From positions 6,024-70,023 of the forward strand of contig JANYIG010000165.1 of the NCBI GenBank assembly GCA_025358765.1: a DNA stretch of 64,000 nt, written 5' to 3'. The stretch comes from Candidatus Kapaibacterium sp. GTDB taxonomy: Bacteria; Bacteroidota; Ignavibacteria; Kapaibacteriales; UBA4661. The notes below the pieces were generated by a model. It saw only the letters and a program-made list of their open reading frames with translations, made no database searches and was not told the origin of the DNA. Both the position numbers and the translations under genes were made by a program. This document shows positions 56,465 through 64,000 of the stretch, one piece after another (within the stretch, counting starts at the first letter, position 1; every line of letters begins with the position of its first letter).

Positions 56465-56908
56465 TATCAGGTTGAGGTTATGGAAGACCTGAATCGGCGG
56501 AGCATATGTACTTAATCTTATGTTCGCGGTAAAATAGTAGAACGAACGGTATAAGACAATGAGGAATGAGTAAAAAGGGGGATTGAGTGAGTGAAACAGG
56601 TGAATCTGTGAGTGAAAATTCACAGGCAGTCGTCGGGGTATATTTTCGGCGGTTCTAAAAGTAAGCGCAAAAGATTACGGAAATTATCCAACGTCAATCC
56701 GGCGAGTTATCAGGTAAGTTATGTCTTGGAAGTTATTCTGACGTTGGCTCCGTACCCGCCTCCACTCTTTGATTCTACAGTTTCTGGATTCGTGCCTAAC
56801 CATCAGGTTCGCCATCGTAAAATTCTCAACGATAGAGCCTTTATGAAGCACGACCATATCAAGCGCTTGCACATTTTCGCGCAAACGGGCTTGATGTTTC
56901 ATCTACGT

Positions 56909-58291
56909 TTAATGCGTAGTTATCTCGTATTTCTCCAACATTCGGTAAAACGTCGCTCGCCCAATATTCAGTCGCTGTGCGGCTTCTTGGATATTCCCTT
57001 CAGTCACTTCCAGCGCGTGACGGATAGCGTGTTCTTTGATTTTATCCATCGGCAGGATGTCGCCGTTCGAGCGGAAAAGCGCAATTCTATCGCTCTCAGT
57101 ATTACCAGAGCCTGCGGTTTCAGATACGTCATCGGAAAGTTGCAGTTCTTGTTCGGAGATTAGGTCATCCTCGCTCAAAATTACGGCGCGTTCAATGGTG
57201 TGTTCGAGTTCACGAACATTACCGGGCCAATTATAATCATACATAACTTTCAGCGCTTTCCGCGCAAAGCCTTTGATGGAACGTTGATACTGTTCTGAAA
57301 AACGCTCCAAAAAATATTTTGCCAGCACTGGAATATCTTCGCGACGCTCGCGCAGGGGCGGCAATTTGATAGGAAACGATGCCAAACGATAATACAAATC
57401 CTCGCGGAATGCGCCTTGCTTGATGGCTTCGTGCAAGTTACGATGCGTTGCCGAGATGATACGGACATCTACATGCAACAATTCGTTGCCGCCCACACGC
57501 TCGAACTGCTTGGTTTGCAACACACGCAACAATTTCACTTGCAAGCTCATGTCCAACTCTCCGATTTCATCCAGAAACAGTGTTCCGCCGTTTGCTTGCT
57601 CAAATTTTCCGATTTTTCGTTGCACCGCTCCTGTGAACGAGCCGCGTTCGTGACCAAAAATTTCGCTTTCTAACAAATCGTGAGGAATAGAGCCGCAATT
57701 GAGCGCTACGAACGGACCATTTTTGCGACGGTCGCCTTCGTGCAATGCCAGTGCGATCAGTTCCTTTCCCGTTCCCGTCTCACCTTGAATCAGCACGGCA
57801 ATATCCGTATTCTGCACCTTGCGGATGAGCTTGAATACGCTTTGCATTGTGTCGCTCGTGGAGATGATGTTTGCAAACTTAATCTGTTCGGTTGTTGCTT
57901 CGGAGAGCTTTTTGACCTCGCTACTAAGCGCAAAGACCTGGAGGGCGTTGCGGACGGTAATTTCAAGTTTGTTGATATCGAGCGGCTTTTGGAGATAGTC
58001 GAATGCGCCGAGTTTGATGGTTTGCACCGCAACGTCAATTCTGCCTTGCCCCGAAAGCATAATTACGGGCGTATCAGGATACATTCTTTTGCATTCCTGA
58101 AGCGCTTCCACGCCATCCATGCCGGGCAGCATGATGTCCAGCAACACAAGTTCTGGAGCGCCGTTGGGCAGCGCTTGAACAAAATCATCGCCCCGCGAAA
58201 ACACGCGCACCTTGTAGCCCCACGACGTAAGGTTGTGCTCCAACAATAGCTGCAAATGCGATTCGTCTTCGACAACGTAAATGGTGTGCAT
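56909..58291 (-). CDS. Sigma-54-dependent Fis-family response regulator (NtrC-type)
   Basis: REC domain (LVLLDIMLPGMDG), AAA+ sigma-54 activator (GETGTGKELIA, GAFREDLYYRL), and a C-terminal Fis-type HTH. Confidence 0.9.
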   Translation of the reverse strand: MHTIYVVEDESHLQLLLEHNLTSWGYKVRVFSRGDDFVQALPNGAPELVLLDIMLPGMDGVEALQECKRMYPDTPVIMLSGQGRIDVAVQTIKLGAFDYLQKPLDINKLEITVRNALQVFALSSEVKKLSEATTEQIKFANIISTSDTMQSVFKLIRKVQNTDIAVLIQGETGTGKELIALALHEGDRRKNGPFVALNCGSIPHDLLESEIFGHERGSFTGAVQRKIGKFEQANGGTLFLDEIGELDMSLQVKLLRVLQTKQFERVGGNELLHVDVRIISATHRNLHEAIKQGAFREDLYYRLASFPIKLPPLRERREDIPVLAKYFLERFSEQYQRSIKGFARKALKVMYDYNWPGNVRELEHTIERAVILSEDDLISEQELQLSDDVSETAGSGNTESDRIALFRSNGDILPMDKIKEHAIRHALEVTEGNIQEAAQRLNIGRATFYRMLEKYEITTH

Positions 58292-58413
58292 AGAAGGATT
58301 GGTCAAATGTTGAATCAAATGTCAGAACCAGAGACAGTTAAATTGCATTGTGCAATTTACGGAATTTGTCTGATACTTATCATTTCTCTCGATATCTATC
58401 GGCAAGCTTCCTA

Positions 58414-58575
58414 TTTAAGTTTAGATAACCTTGGCTACCCTCAAGCGCATCACCCCTCTGCAAGCCGCCACGAAGACGTGTTGCGTCTTGCTTCTCCCCT
58501 TACAAGGGGAGATTGAGTGGGGTTCTTGCGCGTAAGGTTTGATGCGGTTTTCAAGAATTTATCTAAACTTCAATT
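58414..58575 (-). repeat. MITE-like element copy B (reverse complement of copy A)
   Basis: The same 12-bp TIRs and about 97% identity to 16366..16527. The hairpin loop reads tgta rather than tatc. Confidence 0.6.
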
Positions 58576-58770
58576 CCTAAAAAATAGACAAAAAATCATA
58601 TTTTTTGGGTAATCGGTTTTAGGAAATCAAATCACTTCTTTGGTATCTTTTTCATGCGATTCCCCTATTGCTCCGAGAATCACGTTTGAAAAATAATCGG
58701 AAATATTGTATATTTGAAATCTTTGCTGTGTGCAATCATTATGTACAACCAAACCGCGTTGTGACAATAT

Positions 58771-59298
58771 ATGCTTAAGTTCTCTATCAAAGGGTTAGCG
58801 GACGGAACTCATGCTATTCAAGCCACCGCAGAATGTCGCATGATTGCTGATATGTTCCCGGAATTTTTCGGGAGTATTCATGTTCGTGGCGAAGTACGAA
58901 AATTGGGCAAACGATATGTTGTTACGGGCGCTGCGGAATGTGATGCTCAGATGATGTGCGACTTGAGTGGTGAGGACTTTGTGGAGCGTATTCGTGCGGA
59001 ATTGGTGCTAAGTTATGTTGCCAATACACATTTGTTTCTTGAGCAACAGGGCGTTGCTGAACCTGTGCAGCCCTATTACATCCGCGAAGATGACACGGAG
59101 ATTGATTTGACCGAAGAAGTTCGCCAAGAATTAGGGGTAAATCTACCTCTGAAGCGCGTTGTACCCCAGTACCGTGACCGCGAGTTTGCAGAGTTATTCC
59201 CCGATATCGCGGCGGATACTCCAGAAAAAACGGACAATGAAACAGAGCATCCAATTGACGAACGCTGGGCGGCGTTAAAAAATATTTCGCTCAGTTGA
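58771..59298 (+). CDS. yceD: YceD/DUF177 family protein (large-subunit ribosome accumulation protein)
   Basis: Conserved position upstream of rpmF-plsX, with an acidic C-terminus and Cys pairs. Confidence 0.75.
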   Translation: MLKFSIKGLADGTHAIQATAECRMIADMFPEFFGSIHVRGEVRKLGKRYVVTGAAECDAQMMCDLSGEDFVERIRAELVLSYVANTHLFLEQQGVAEPVQPYYIREDDTEIDLTEEVRQELGVNLPLKRVVPQYRDREFAELFPDIAADTPEKTDNETEHPIDERWAALKNISLS

Positions 59299-59368
59299 AT
59301 ACCAAACAAATAGCGCACAATCATCAAGATATAAAACACACTTTTATCATTTTTTTCAGGATACTACG

Positions 59369-59563
59369 ATGCCAAATCCAAAACGCAGACACTCAAAATC
59401 CCGCAGCGCAAAGCGCCGCACACACTACAAAGCAGTGCCGTCAACAGTTGTTGCGTGTCCGAATTGCAGTGAATCAAAACTTGCTCATGCTGCTTGCCCG
59501 TCGTGCGGGTACTACAACGGCAGACGTATTGTGAGCGTCAAAGAAGGTTCCAGCGAAGCGTAA
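59369..59563 (+). CDS. rpmF: 50S ribosomal protein L32
   Basis: MPNPKRRHSKSRSAKRRTH...CPNCSESKLAHAACPSCGYY. Confidence 0.9.
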   Translation: MPNPKRRHSKSRSAKRRTHYKAVPSTVVACPNCSESKLAHAACPSCGYYNGRRIVSVKEGSSEA

Positions 59564-59636
59564 GAAGAACAATCTTCACCGTAAAGTATTTCTCTCGAAC
59601 CATAATTCCTTCTTCCCTCACTTTCTCCAAAGGGGC

Positions 59637-60731
59637 GTGGGCTTGGCTACTGAGGTAATTACGACCAATCAGACATCGAATGTCATCCGGATTGCGCTGG
59701 ATGCAATGGGCGGCGATTTTGCTCCACAGAACGAAGTTCAGGGTGCAATCGCTGCCTTGAAGCATTTCCGCCACGTGGGTGCGAATGTCGAGATTGTGTT
59801 TGTAGGCAAAGAGAAAGACATTCGTTCGGCTCTCGCGCAGCAGGACACGGGACAAGAATCATCCGGCGTAAATTACTCCATTGTTCATGCCGATGAGGTC
59901 GTGACGATGGATGATGACCCAACGCAAGCATTCCGAAAAAAGCGTAATTCATCGTTGTTTCAGGGTATTCAGCAACATGCAAACGGGTATGTGAATGCGT
60001 TTGTATCGGCGGGAAATACAGGCGCTGTTATGTCCACGGCAACACTTGTATTGGGGCGTATTAAAGGCGTGAGCCGTCCGACGATTGGTACGTTTTTGCC
60101 CACAACAGGCAAACTCCCTGTTTTGCTCGTGGATGCTGGCGCAAACGTGGATTCCAAAGCGAAACATTTGTACGAATTTGGCGTGATGGGAAGCATTTAT
60201 TGTCGTCAGATTCTAAACGTGGAGCATCCGCGCGTGGGTTTGCTCAACGTGGGCGAGGAGCCAACCAAAGGAACAGAAGTTGCACTGCAAGCACACGAAT
60301 TGCTTTCCAATGGCGTACTGAATTTTGTGGGCAATGTCGAAGGACGCGATATTCTCATAGGCGCGGCTGATGTGGTCGTGTGCGACGGTTTTGTGGGAAA
60401 TATCGTGCTGAAATTTGCCGAAAGTTTTCTGGGTTTCCTCAAAACCCGCTTCCGCGCGTTTGCCGACAAAAGCCTACTCAACAAGCTCCTTATGGCAGCC
60501 ATGAAACCCGTTCTCAGCAAAGCACTCAAGGATATGGATTATCAAGAATATGGTGGTGTGCCGCTTCTTGGCGTTAATGGTGTCGTGATTATCGGTCACG
60601 GTAAATCTACACCCCTTGCCATCAAAAATATGATTCTTCGCGCCGAAGAAGTTGTTCGCAAAGAAGTGAACAAAAGCATCGAAAACGCGCTGAATCCTCC
60701 AACAATTTCTACCAAAGAACCCCAATCGTAA
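59637..60731 (+). CDS. plsX: Phosphate acyltransferase PlsX
   Basis: IALDAMGGDFAP N-terminus and overall PlsX fold. Confidence 0.9.
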   Translation: MGLATEVITTNQTSNVIRIALDAMGGDFAPQNEVQGAIAALKHFRHVGANVEIVFVGKEKDIRSALAQQDTGQESSGVNYSIVHADEVVTMDDDPTQAFRKKRNSSLFQGIQQHANGYVNAFVSAGNTGAVMSTATLVLGRIKGVSRPTIGTFLPTTGKLPVLLVDAGANVDSKAKHLYEFGVMGSIYCRQILNVEHPRVGLLNVGEEPTKGTEVALQAHELLSNGVLNFVGNVEGRDILIGAADVVVCDGFVGNIVLKFAESFLGFLKTRFRAFADKSLLNKLLMAAMKPVLSKALKDMDYQEYGGVPLLGVNGVVIIGHGKSTPLAIKNMILRAEEVVRKEVNKSIENALNPPTISTKEPQS

Positions 60732-61729
60732 TGGCTACAAGACGTGCTGTTATCACGGCAGTATCGCACTACGCGCCGCCGGATGTTTACACTAATGCTC
60801 ACTTCGAGAGCTACATGGATACAACCGATGAGTGGATTCAAACGCGGACAGGCATCAAAGAACGCCGTTTTGCCAAAGCTGATGTTGCAACATCCGACCT
60901 TGCTTTGCCCGCAGCGCAAGATTGTATCGCCCAGCGCGGCATAGATAAAAGTGAGATTGGATGCATCATTTTCGCTACCGTCACGCCTGATTATATGTTT
61001 CCCGCCACTGCTTGTGTGCTTCAGCATAAACTTGGGATTCCTAACGCGTGGGGATTTGACCTTAGTGCAGCGTGTTCTGGGTTTCTTTATGCCTTAGAAA
61101 CGGCACGGCGCATTGTCGAATCTGATGGTGCGAAATTCGTTCTCGTGTGCGGTGCGGACAAAATGACCACAATTATCAACCCCAACGAACGCGCTACGGC
61201 TATTCTTTTTGGCGATGCTGGTGCGGCGGTGTTGGTGGAAGGCGTGGAAAATACGGATGTCGGAATCATTGATTCTGTCCTTCAAGTAGATGGGGCAGGC
61301 GGACAAGCACTCTACATGCCCGCAGGCGGAAGTGTCATGCCGCCGAGCCACGAAACAGTCGAAAAAAACCTCCATTACGCGCACCAAGACGGACAAGCTG
61401 TTTTTAAATCTGCCGTTACTCGTATGTCAGAAGTCTGCGCCCAAATTATGGAACGCAACAACCTTACGGGTGATGATATTCGCTGGCTTGCGCCACATCA
61501 AGCGAATTTGCGGATCATCGGCGCAACGGCGCAACGCATGGGTATTGACATCAGCAAAGTGATGATTAACATTGAACGCTACGGCAACACGACGGCAGCA
61601 ACGATTCCGATGTGCTTGTCCGAGTGGCAAAAAGCTGGCAAAATCAACTATGGCGACAATGTGATTCTGGCAGCGTTTGGTGGCGGCTTCACGTGGGGCA
61701 GTATGTATATGAAATGGGGCATAAAGTAA
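60731..61729 (+). CDS. fabH: 3-oxoacyl-ACP synthase III
   Basis: Active-site Cys in AACSGF, the His/Asn motifs (HQAN, GNT), and an overlapping start with the plsX stop. Confidence 0.9.
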   Translation: MATRRAVITAVSHYAPPDVYTNAHFESYMDTTDEWIQTRTGIKERRFAKADVATSDLALPAAQDCIAQRGIDKSEIGCIIFATVTPDYMFPATACVLQHKLGIPNAWGFDLSAACSGFLYALETARRIVESDGAKFVLVCGADKMTTIINPNERATAILFGDAGAAVLVEGVENTDVGIIDSVLQVDGAGGQALYMPAGGSVMPPSHETVEKNLHYAHQDGQAVFKSAVTRMSEVCAQIMERNNLTGDDIRWLAPHQANLRIIGATAQRMGIDISKVMINIERYGNTTAATIPMCLSEWQKAGKINYGDNVILAAFGGGFTWGSMYMKWGIK

Positions 61730-61753
61730 AATAACGTCGAGGCTACGAAAATT

Positions 61754-62674
61754 ATGACAGCACTTCTTTTTTCCGGTCAAGGTTCGCAATACGTCGGCAT
61801 GGCAAAAGACCTTGCACGGGAGTTCCCGCAAGCAAGCGCAATGCTTCAAAATGCTGATGCAATCATGGGTTTCAGCCTTAGTACGATTTGCTTCGAGGGT
61901 CCGGCAGAAACACTCAAAGAAACACGCTACACACAACCTGCACTTTTTGTTCACGAGGCAATTTTGGCAACGTTGTTGCACGACAGATTACCATTTCATG
62001 CGGTTGCTGGGCATTCACTCGGTGAATATTCAGCGTTGTTTGCCGCCGGTGTGTTGGACTTTGAAACGGCACTCACACTCGTGAAATTACGTGGCGAACT
62101 CATGTTCCGCGCAGGCGAAAAACAGCCCGGCACGATGGCGGCGGTTGTTGGTTTGGCAGACGAGAAAGTGCAAGAAGTTTGTGAATCGCTCAACAAACCT
62201 GACAGCGCCGATGAAATCATCGTTGCAGCAAATTTTAATTCGCCCGGACAGGTTGTTATTTCTGGCAGTGCCGACTATCTTCGTGCGAACATGGCTGCGT
62301 TCAAACAAGCTGGCGCAAAGATGGTGAAAGAGCTTCCCGTGAGTGGCGCGTTTCATTCGCCGCTCATGGCAAGCGCAAAGGATGAACTCGAAAAAGCGAT
62401 ATACCAAGCAACGGTGAGCGATACAATGGTGGACGTGTATGCAAACGCTCTTGCAAAGCCGCTCCGCAAGGCAGATGACATTCGCGCTGCACTCGTGCAA
62501 CAGCTCGTAGCACCTGTTTTGTGGACGCAAAGCCTTGTTGCCATGCGCGAGGCGGGCATTACAACGTTCTACGAAATGGGTCCGGGAAACGTGCTGCAAG
62601 GGTTGGTCAAGCGCACGGTTGAAGGCGCGACGATTGGTGGTTTTGATACGGCGGAGCAGGTGAAGGCATTATAA
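61754..62674 (+). CDS. fabD: Malonyl-CoA:ACP transacylase
   Basis: FSGQGSQ and GHSLGEYSA active-site motifs. Confidence 0.9.
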   Translation: MTALLFSGQGSQYVGMAKDLAREFPQASAMLQNADAIMGFSLSTICFEGPAETLKETRYTQPALFVHEAILATLLHDRLPFHAVAGHSLGEYSALFAAGVLDFETALTLVKLRGELMFRAGEKQPGTMAAVVGLADEKVQEVCESLNKPDSADEIIVAANFNSPGQVVISGSADYLRANMAAFKQAGAKMVKELPVSGAFHSPLMASAKDELEKAIYQATVSDTMVDVYANALAKPLRKADDIRAALVQQLVAPVLWTQSLVAMREAGITTFYEMGPGNVLQGLVKRTVEGATIGGFDTAEQVKAL

Positions 62675-62699
62675 ACCCTCCATTAACAAGCTGAATTTA

Positions 62700-63350
62700 A
62701 TGAATATCTTCTATCGTTGGTTAATACTTTTTACCCTTTTATTACCTCAAGTTGTATTTTCTCAAGTACCTCCAGATAGCCTTGGTCGTTCTGGCAATAT
62801 GGGTTTAGGAATTGTCTTAACGGGTGGGAGTACACTTATCCCAACTGCAATAGGTGGTGGGATTGTAGGTAAATATTGGTTGGGTAACCAAGATGCTTTT
62901 GTGGGCGGATTGATTTTTGATTTGATGGAAAGTTCGGAAAACAATGAAAAACAAGGTGTTGCTACTTCTGATAGTTCCTCAAAATCATCAGTTGGTATCA
63001 CCTTTATTGGGCGCTGGGAAAAACATTTCGCAATTAGTAAAACTGTATCACCATACCTCACACCTGGATTAGCATACAGTTTCTCCAAAGTGACGACAAC
63101 CTCGATAACTCAAAACATCAAAACAATAGAAGATGGATTGAGCATTGCAGCGACTTGTGGGATAGGCATTGAATATTTTTTTACCCCTTTGCTATCAATC
63201 GCTATCCAATCTGGTATATACGGCAGGTATTCAAGTATCCAGACATCAAGCAATAAGATTAACGACCCCGCAAAATCAAGTCTTAACAGAAAAACTTCAT
63301 GGACGCTCGGTATTAGTTCGGCAGCTATAGCTCTAACGATATATTTTTGA
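62700..63350 (+). CDS. Small outer-membrane beta-barrel protein (OmpW/OmpA-N-like)
   Basis: A signal peptide, about 8 amphipathic beta-strands, and a C-terminal ...ALTIYF aromatic terminus. Confidence 0.55.
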   Translation: MNIFYRWLILFTLLLPQVVFSQVPPDSLGRSGNMGLGIVLTGGSTLIPTAIGGGIVGKYWLGNQDAFVGGLIFDLMESSENNEKQGVATSDSSSKSSVGITFIGRWEKHFAISKTVSPYLTPGLAYSFSKVTTTSITQNIKTIEDGLSIAATCGIGIEYFFTPLLSIAIQSGIYGRYSSIQTSSNKINDPAKSSLNRKTSWTLGISSAAIALTIYF

Positions 63351-63422
63351 TTCGCTGGTTATGATAAAAACATTATGCCAATTTAGCGAACCCTATCTTG
63401 CAGAGACCAAAACGATGCTCCA

Positions 63423-63752
63423 ATGGCTGAAAACATTGCTTTAAGCGTTCCTCCGACCGTACGAACATATCTGCGAGCGGTACGACAGAAATTTCCGATA
63501 AAGAAAGCATACCTTTTTGGTTCATATGCAAAGGGAACGGCGAGAGAAGAAAGTGATATTGACCTTGCTATTATTTCGTCCGCGTTCGTGGGCAATCATT
63601 TTCAGGACGACGTACAATTAGGTTTAGTAAAATTAGATATTGACCTTCGGATTGAGCCAGTAGGGTTCCGCCCCGAAGACTTCACTGAAGAAAATATGCT
63701 TGCCGAAGAAATCCTTCGCACGGGCATTGAAATTTCGTTAGAAGATGTATAA
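63423..63752 (+). CDS. Minimal nucleotidyltransferase (MntA/Pol-beta superfamily) domain protein
   Basis: GS-x9-13-DxD motif (LFGSYAKGTAREESDIDLAII). Confidence 0.7.
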   Translation: MAENIALSVPPTVRTYLRAVRQKFPIKKAYLFGSYAKGTAREESDIDLAIISSAFVGNHFQDDVQLGLVKLDIDLRIEPVGFRPEDFTEENMLAEEILRTGIEISLEDV

Positions 63753-63796
63753 CATCAGTTGCAAAGCGTTCACATCAACAATCTCAACTAATTGGT

Positions 63797-64000
63797 ATGA
63801 CAAAACTTTCAGGCAAAACAGCCCTCGTCACGGGCGGCTCGCGGGGCATTGGCGAGGCGATTGTACGCCGCTTGGTGGCGGACGGAGCAACGGTGTTTTT
63901 TACGTACAACTCCGGTGCAGACAAAGCACAGGCGCTTGTGCAGGAGCTTTCTGCAAATAGTGCTTCAAGCAGTACGGTTGTTGCATTGCAGGCGAACGTT
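63797..64000 (+). CDS. fabG: SDR-family 3-oxoacyl-ACP reductase, 3' end outside window
   Basis: MTKLSGKTALVTGGSRGIGEAIVRRLVADGATVFFTY matches the TGxxxGIG Rossmann start of FabG. The frame is open to the window end. It is not in the ORF track because no stop lies in the window. Confidence 0.7.
   Translation, partial: MTKLSGKTALVTGGSRGIGEAIVRRLVADGATVFFTYNSGADKAQALVQELSANSASSSTVVALQANV

Noticed and set aside
56612-57163. 183-aa plus-strand ORF spanning the gap between the histidine kinase and NtrC-type genes
   Set aside because: It overlaps the 3' end of the NtrC-type gene on the other strand, has no homology and is basic and low-complexity. It is likely spurious.
1-64000. tRNA, rRNA, tmRNA, RNase P or SRP RNA genes
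   Set aside because: Intergenic regions were scanned for acceptor/T-loop-like GTTCRAnnC with complementary termini and for conserved RNA motifs. None was found. A covariance-model scan (tRNAscan-SE/Infernal) would be needed to be certain.

Overview
This is a 64-kb chromosomal window of roughly 50% GC (by eye). It is most consistent with a member of the FCB group (Bacteroidota / Ignavibacteriota / Chlorobiota-like). The basis is three proteins with type-A T9SS C-terminal sorting domains, a macAB-tolC-like efflux operon, ftsQ-ftsA-ftsZ, and yceD-rpmF-plsX-fabH-fabD(-fabG). This phylum call is inference from gene content only.

The housekeeping backbone is uvrC, a MocR-type regulator, proB, pcrA/uvrD, tsaD, a YciO/Sua5 homologue, pruA, ppc, capA, ftsQAZ, a XerC/D-like recombinase and the fab cluster. 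It is interrupted by several accessory loci.

The most interesting locus is a minus-strand operon at 4064..6344. It encodes a lipoprotein mono-heme cytochrome c, a Cyc2-like fused cytochrome-porin, and a Tat-exported Rieske [2Fe-2S] protein. The Cyc2-like protein has a single CXXCH directly after its signal peptide and an outer-membrane beta-barrel with a C-terminal aromatic signature. This is a candidate extracellular electron-transfer / Fe(II)-oxidation module with an unusual Rieske partner. It is preceded by a GC-rich TIR-bounded element and a MocR regulator.

Other notable items:
- an ECF sigma factor followed by a membrane protein that combines a TonB C-terminal domain with a T9SS CTD;
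- a T9SS-sorted multicopper oxidase;
- a solo MmeI-like Type IIL restriction-modification enzyme;
- two inverted copies (42 kb apart) of a ~155-bp TIR-bounded MITE-like element with a conserved hairpin whose only differences fall in the loop;
- a ~0.8-kb non-coding region next to the recombinase gene, packed with GTGGTGA-type heptamers inside a 14-bp long-range inverted repeat;
- a four-helix-bundle (23S-IVS-type) gene wedged between the two permease genes of the ABC exporter;
- an OMP plus a nucleotidyltransferase gene inserted between fabD and fabG.

No rRNA, tRNA or CRISPR arrays were recognised. Manually derived coordinates for non-ORF features may be off by 1-2 nt. The supplied ORF track uses GTG/TTG as alternative starts, so several starts were moved to the first in-frame ATG.
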